A stretch of 64,000 nucleotides of DNA from Microcoleus sp. (GTDB lineage Bacteria; Cyanobacteriota; Cyanobacteriia; Cyanobacteriales; Microcoleaceae): NCBI GenBank assembly GCA_052279835.1, contig CP181291.1, positions 4,000,001 through 4,064,000 of the forward strand, written 5' to 3'. The notes below the pieces were generated by a model. That model was not told the origin of the DNA. It searched no databases and saw only the letters and a program-made list of their open reading frames with translations. The translations under genes were made by a program, and so were the position numbers. Position 1 is the first letter of the stretch. Each line of letters begins with the position of its first letter. Shown piece by piece: positions 60,251 to 64,000 of the stretch.

Positions 60251-63031
60251 GTGGTGAGAGTGGAATTAGAGCTTATGTTGAATACAGCAAAACTTTTTGA
60301 AGAAAACCCAATTCCGGGAAATACAGCGGTTTTATCAGCGGAAATTCCCGACTTATTTGGTAGCAAGTTCGATCGCCTTAATCCGACAAAAAACATGGCA
60401 GTGGGCGACACCCATGTTTTATTTGATACCAACTATGATTTGACTCAAACATCAAATATGGGTGTGGCCGCAACTGATAGTGCGATCGACCTTTTTGACC
60501 AACTCACCGATTTCGGAACCCTAGAAACAGGAAACAACAATCTCAAATTCGATGGTAGTTTCCCATCCTCGCCAGATATCGCCGGTCAAGTTGAGCGAGA
60601 CGAACTTACAGGCATGAATTTGGCCGTTAGCGATGCAGCCAGTAATCCAGAGCGATTTGCCTCTAGAAATTCTGCCCCATTCCCTTCAGAAAACTGGGCT
60701 TTCAACTTTAAAAATTATACCATCGACCACCAAGGTTTAAACAGCTTAAATATCAAAGTTGGTTACGAACTCAAACCGGGAATCACCAAACAAGAATATC
60801 CCGATTTTGTGCCAATTTACAAAAGCATTGATAACTTCCTAGTTAACTACCCGAACGAAACGGACTTTTGGGAAATTCTTAACAATAATTTGAGCAAAAA
60901 AGTGTTAGATGAAAATCCAGCCCTCACAAATGTTACCCTGCAACTAGAAATTTTGCCAACGGACAGATTGCCCTACGATCGCGCCAGCACAGTTTTCCGC
61001 AGTCGTTCGGGCCAAATCCAAGAAAAATTTGATTTTTCTTTGCAAAACTACGCAATTAATCACCAAGGCTTAAACAAGCTCAATCTGGATGTAAATTACC
61101 AGTATAAGTCTGGAATTACCCAAGCAGAATATCCCGATTTTGTGCCAATTTACAAAGGTATTGATAAGTTTTTAACCAACTATCCAAACGAGACAGATTT
61201 TTGGGAAATTGTCAATAAAAAATTGACCCAAAATATCCTGCTCGAAAATCCTGCCCTAGCTGCGATCGATATCAATTTGAACGTTTTGCCCAGCCAAAAC
61301 ATACCCTACAGCCGCACCAGCAAAGTTACCCGCACTCAACCCACTAATCCTCAAGGAACTTTCCTTGTGGGTAATACAAGGGGCAATAATATACTCCGCT
61401 TTGATGGCAAAACAGGGAATTTGGTAGACGAATTTATTCCAGCAGCAATTGGTGGCTTGTTCAGACCAGATACGGTCATCTTTGGGCCCGATGGCAACGG
61501 CGATGGCAAGTCGGATATTTACATTGCTAGCGGTGACAAACCAGCAAAATCTGGAGAAATTGGAGCATCTGCTGTATTGCGTTATGACGGAATTACGGGT
61601 GCATTTATTGACAGATTTGTCGGCGACAATCCCAACACTACGACTGATGAAACTGGTGGATTGTCTCGTCCTTATGGTTTAGCTTTTGGTCCTGATGGTA
61701 ATTTTTATGTCAGCAGTTTTTTGACTGACCAAATTCTCCGCTATAATGGCAAAACTGGGCAGTTTATTGATGTATTTGCAACCGGAAATCAGCAAGCGGG
61801 AGGATTGAATGGTCCCAATGGTTTGGTATTCGATCCTGATGGTAATTTGTACGTGACAACTCAGGGGAGTGTGGCTAAAAATGGTCAGGCAGATTTTAGC
61901 GGTAATTTCCTGAGTCAGGTACTTCGCTATAACCTAGAAACTAAGCAGTTTAGTATTTTTGCTTCACCAGATGTTTCGCCTAGGAGTCAGGGATTTGTGA
62001 GTCTTTTGGGAATGGCGATCGGACCTAATGATGGCGACCTTTATGTGAGTGATTTTGCTAACGATATCCGGCGTTACAATTTAAAAACGGGAGAATTAGT
62101 CAAGGTTTTATCTACTAATTATACTGACACATTGCCCAGTAGCAATTATGTGGGTAGTTTGGCATTTTCGCCTAGTGGCAATTTGTTTGCCGTTGGCTTT
62201 GACAACCGCGCTAATGCTAATAATGCCGGGGCTGTGTTGCGGTACAATGGCAATACTGGTGAGCCTCTGCCCATTACCGGGAATCTTGGTTCTGGCAACA
62301 ATTCTATTTTTGTTCCTCCCGATAGTAAACTACAGCGTCCCGTGGGGATTGCCTTCTTTCCTACCGATGCTCAATTGACCGAGAAGTGGAATTTTACAGT
62401 CCCAAATTACCCGATTAATCATCAAGGGCTGAACAACCTGAATATTGATGTAAATTACCAGTACCAAAATGGGATTCAAAATTTTCAGTATCCCGATTTT
62501 GTGCCAATTTACAAAAGTATTGACAATCTGTTGGTTAACTACCCCAATGAAACGGATTTTTGGGAAGTAGTCAACAAAAATGTGACCCAAAAAGTGCTAG
62601 GGGAAAATCCATCAATTTCCTCGGTAACAGTGAATTTGGATGTGTTACCCACAAACAGATTACCTTACGATCGCAGCAGTACGGTAACTCGGACTCAAGA
62701 TGGTAAATTATCGGAGGCTTGGGATTTTCAGTTTGCCAATTACTCCATCGACCATCAGGGCTTAAACAACCTAAATATTGATGTCAAGTATCAGTACAAA
62801 CCAGGAATTACTACGGCTGAATATCCCGACTTTGTGCCGATTTATCGCAGCATCGACAATTTCTTGGCTAGTTACCCCAACGAAACTGATTTTTGGGAAG
62901 TTGTGAATAAAAAGTTGACTAAAAAGGTGCTAGCAGAAAATCCAGCTTTGGATTCGCTACAAATCAGCCTTGAGGTTTTGCCCACGAATCGATTGCCTTA
63001 TGAACGAGCTAGTCTTGTGTCGATCGCCTAG
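60251..63031 (+). CDS. Protein with 4 FolB-like (T-fold) repeats flanking an NHL/Vgb-like beta-propeller
   Basis: 111-aa repeats at 60689, 61022, 62381, 62714 (HQGLN, YPDFVPIY, YPNETDFWE); central GL.FGPDG.LYV repeats. Confidence 0.75.
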   Translation: MVRVELELMLNTAKLFEENPIPGNTAVLSAEIPDLFGSKFDRLNPTKNMAVGDTHVLFDTNYDLTQTSNMGVAATDSAIDLFDQLTDFGTLETGNNNLKFDGSFPSSPDIAGQVERDELTGMNLAVSDAASNPERFASRNSAPFPSENWAFNFKNYTIDHQGLNSLNIKVGYELKPGITKQEYPDFVPIYKSIDNFLVNYPNETDFWEILNNNLSKKVLDENPALTNVTLQLEILPTDRLPYDRASTVFRSRSGQIQEKFDFSLQNYAINHQGLNKLNLDVNYQYKSGITQAEYPDFVPIYKGIDKFLTNYPNETDFWEIVNKKLTQNILLENPALAAIDINLNVLPSQNIPYSRTSKVTRTQPTNPQGTFLVGNTRGNNILRFDGKTGNLVDEFIPAAIGGLFRPDTVIFGPDGNGDGKSDIYIASGDKPAKSGEIGASAVLRYDGITGAFIDRFVGDNPNTTTDETGGLSRPYGLAFGPDGNFYVSSFLTDQILRYNGKTGQFIDVFATGNQQAGGLNGPNGLVFDPDGNLYVTTQGSVAKNGQADFSGNFLSQVLRYNLETKQFSIFASPDVSPRSQGFVSLLGMAIGPNDGDLYVSDFANDIRRYNLKTGELVKVLSTNYTDTLPSSNYVGSLAFSPSGNLFAVGFDNRANANNAGAVLRYNGNTGEPLPITGNLGSGNNSIFVPPDSKLQRPVGIAFFPTDAQLTEKWNFTVPNYPINHQGLNNLNIDVNYQYQNGIQNFQYPDFVPIYKSIDNLLVNYPNETDFWEVVNKNVTQKVLGENPSISSVTVNLDVLPTNRLPYDRSSTVTRTQDGKLSEAWDFQFANYSIDHQGLNNLNIDVKYQYKPGITTAEYPDFVPIYRSIDNFLASYPNETDFWEVVNKKLTKKVLAENPALDSLQISLEVLPTNRLPYERASLVSIA

Positions 63032-63050
63032 GAAGTAATTTGATAAGATT

Positions 63051-63115
63051 AAAAAACCAGGTTTCTCAGCTTTGGAGGCGATATTCGACTGAAAATGCTG
63101 GAAATCTGGTTTTTC
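63051..63115. repeat. Hairpin / terminator-like repeat after the T-fold gene
   Basis: aaaaaaccaggtttctcagc ... gctggaaatctggtttttt. Confidence 0.6.
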
Positions 63116-63231
63116 TGTGGAAACAGCAAAAGAATCTATCTTAGGATAGATATTTTTTTCATAACATCTAATAAATAAAAACGGTTAATCTTGTGAATTT
63201 TGGCAAGATGGAATTACTCCCGGAGGTTAGG

Positions 63232-64000
63232 GTGAAAACGCTAAATATCCTCTTATTAGAAGACAGTAGCTGGGATACTGAATTGATTCAAGACTATCTA
63301 TTGGATGGTGGGCTAGATTTTTCTCTGCTGTGCGTGGAAACGCGGGCAGACTTTGTGGGGGCGCTGGAAAATAATTGCTATGACCTAATTTTGGCGGATT
63401 ATATGCTGCCGGAGTTTAATGGGCTAGAGGCCCTGGAAATAGCCCGTAGTATTTGTCCGGGACTGCCGTTTATTTTTGTATCGGCTACTTTGGGTGAGGA
63501 GTTGGCGATCGAAACTTTGAAAAACGGGGCTACAGATTATGTAGTCAAACGGGGTTTGACGCGGCTTGTACCGTCGATTCAGCGGGCACTGCGGGAAGTT
63601 CAAGAAAGACTCGATCGCAAACAAGCCGAAATACACCGCCAAGAAAGCGAAGACCGGTTTCGGATGATGGCAGATACCGCACCGGTGATGATTTGGATGT
63701 CTGGTATCGACAAAGTTTGCAATTACTTTAATCAAGTTTGGCTGGATTTTACGGGCACAACTTTGGCATCCGTCATGGACTGCGGCTGGAAAAAATCGGT
63801 ACACCCGGAGGATTTGCAGTATTGTGTAGATACTTATGAGAATGCTTTTGACGCGCGAAATGAGTTTCGGATGGAATTTCGTCTGAGACGCTATGATGGC
63901 GATTACCGCTGGATTTTGGGTACGGGCTTACCGCGATACAGGCCCGATCGCACTTTTGCAGGTTACATTGGTTCTTGCATTGATATTAGCGATCGCAAAC
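63232..64000 (+). CDS. Receiver + PAS domain signalling protein, 5' part (probably a hybrid histidine kinase; runs off window end)
   Basis: Not in ORF track; GGAGG RBS + GTG; ILLLEDS, DLILADYMLP, GATDYVVK, then FRMMADTAPVMIW, VHPED, YRW, DISDRK. Confidence 0.92.
   Translation, partial: MKTLNILLLEDSSWDTELIQDYLLDGGLDFSLLCVETRADFVGALENNCYDLILADYMLPEFNGLEALEIARSICPGLPFIFVSATLGEELAIETLKNGATDYVVKRGLTRLVPSIQRALREVQERLDRKQAEIHRQESEDRFRMMADTAPVMIWMSGIDKVCNYFNQVWLDFTGTTLASVMDCGWKKSVHPEDLQYCVDTYENAFDARNEFRMEFRLRRYDGDYRWILGTGLPRYRPDRTFAGYIGSCIDISDRK

Noticed and set aside
55267..63031. Functional link between the pterin dehydratase and the T-fold protein
   Set aside because: They are 4.7 kb apart, on opposite strands and separated by unrelated genes; proximity alone is not evidence.
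63424..63804. 126-aa - strand ORF
   Set aside because: Antisense to the receiver/PAS gene that runs off the window.

Overview
64 kb of a filamentous cyanobacterial chromosome. The Oscillatoriales/Microcoleus-like assignment is inferred from gene content, abundant HIP1 GCGATCGC sites and STRR heptamers. Most of the window is housekeeping and photosynthesis genes: psaA 5' end, arsM, chlM, nagA, purE, two amt, ispH, aroA, curT, ldhA, cruA, chlP, cysK, rrf2, a porin, an HD-GYP protein, PCD and a stand-alone psbD. Five accessory features stand out. (1) A ~5 kb array of toxin-antitoxin and toxin-immunity modules (41.55-46.64 kb), punctuated by a same-orientation HIP1-capped hairpin repeat, with scars of shuffling, lies behind a 1489-aa S8/SH3/LGFP/CHAP/transglycosylase protein that has a triplicated upstream region. 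(2) A GxxExxY nuclease gene is bracketed by inverted repeats, with two internally deleted copies of the same unit in tandem and a solo end 22 kb away, so it looks like an unnamed mobile element. (3) A 926-aa protein has four FolB-like T-fold repeats around a beta-propeller. (4) A structured ~400-nt intergenic RNA candidate carries a 23-codon ORF and alternative pairings. (5) Three IS200/IS605-family elements have base-exact ends: two tnpB-only elements (one splitting mgtC) and a 208-bp iscB remnant inserted between an RBS and its ATG. No CRISPR array, rRNA or tRNA was found. All family assignments are from motif recognition; no database searches were run.
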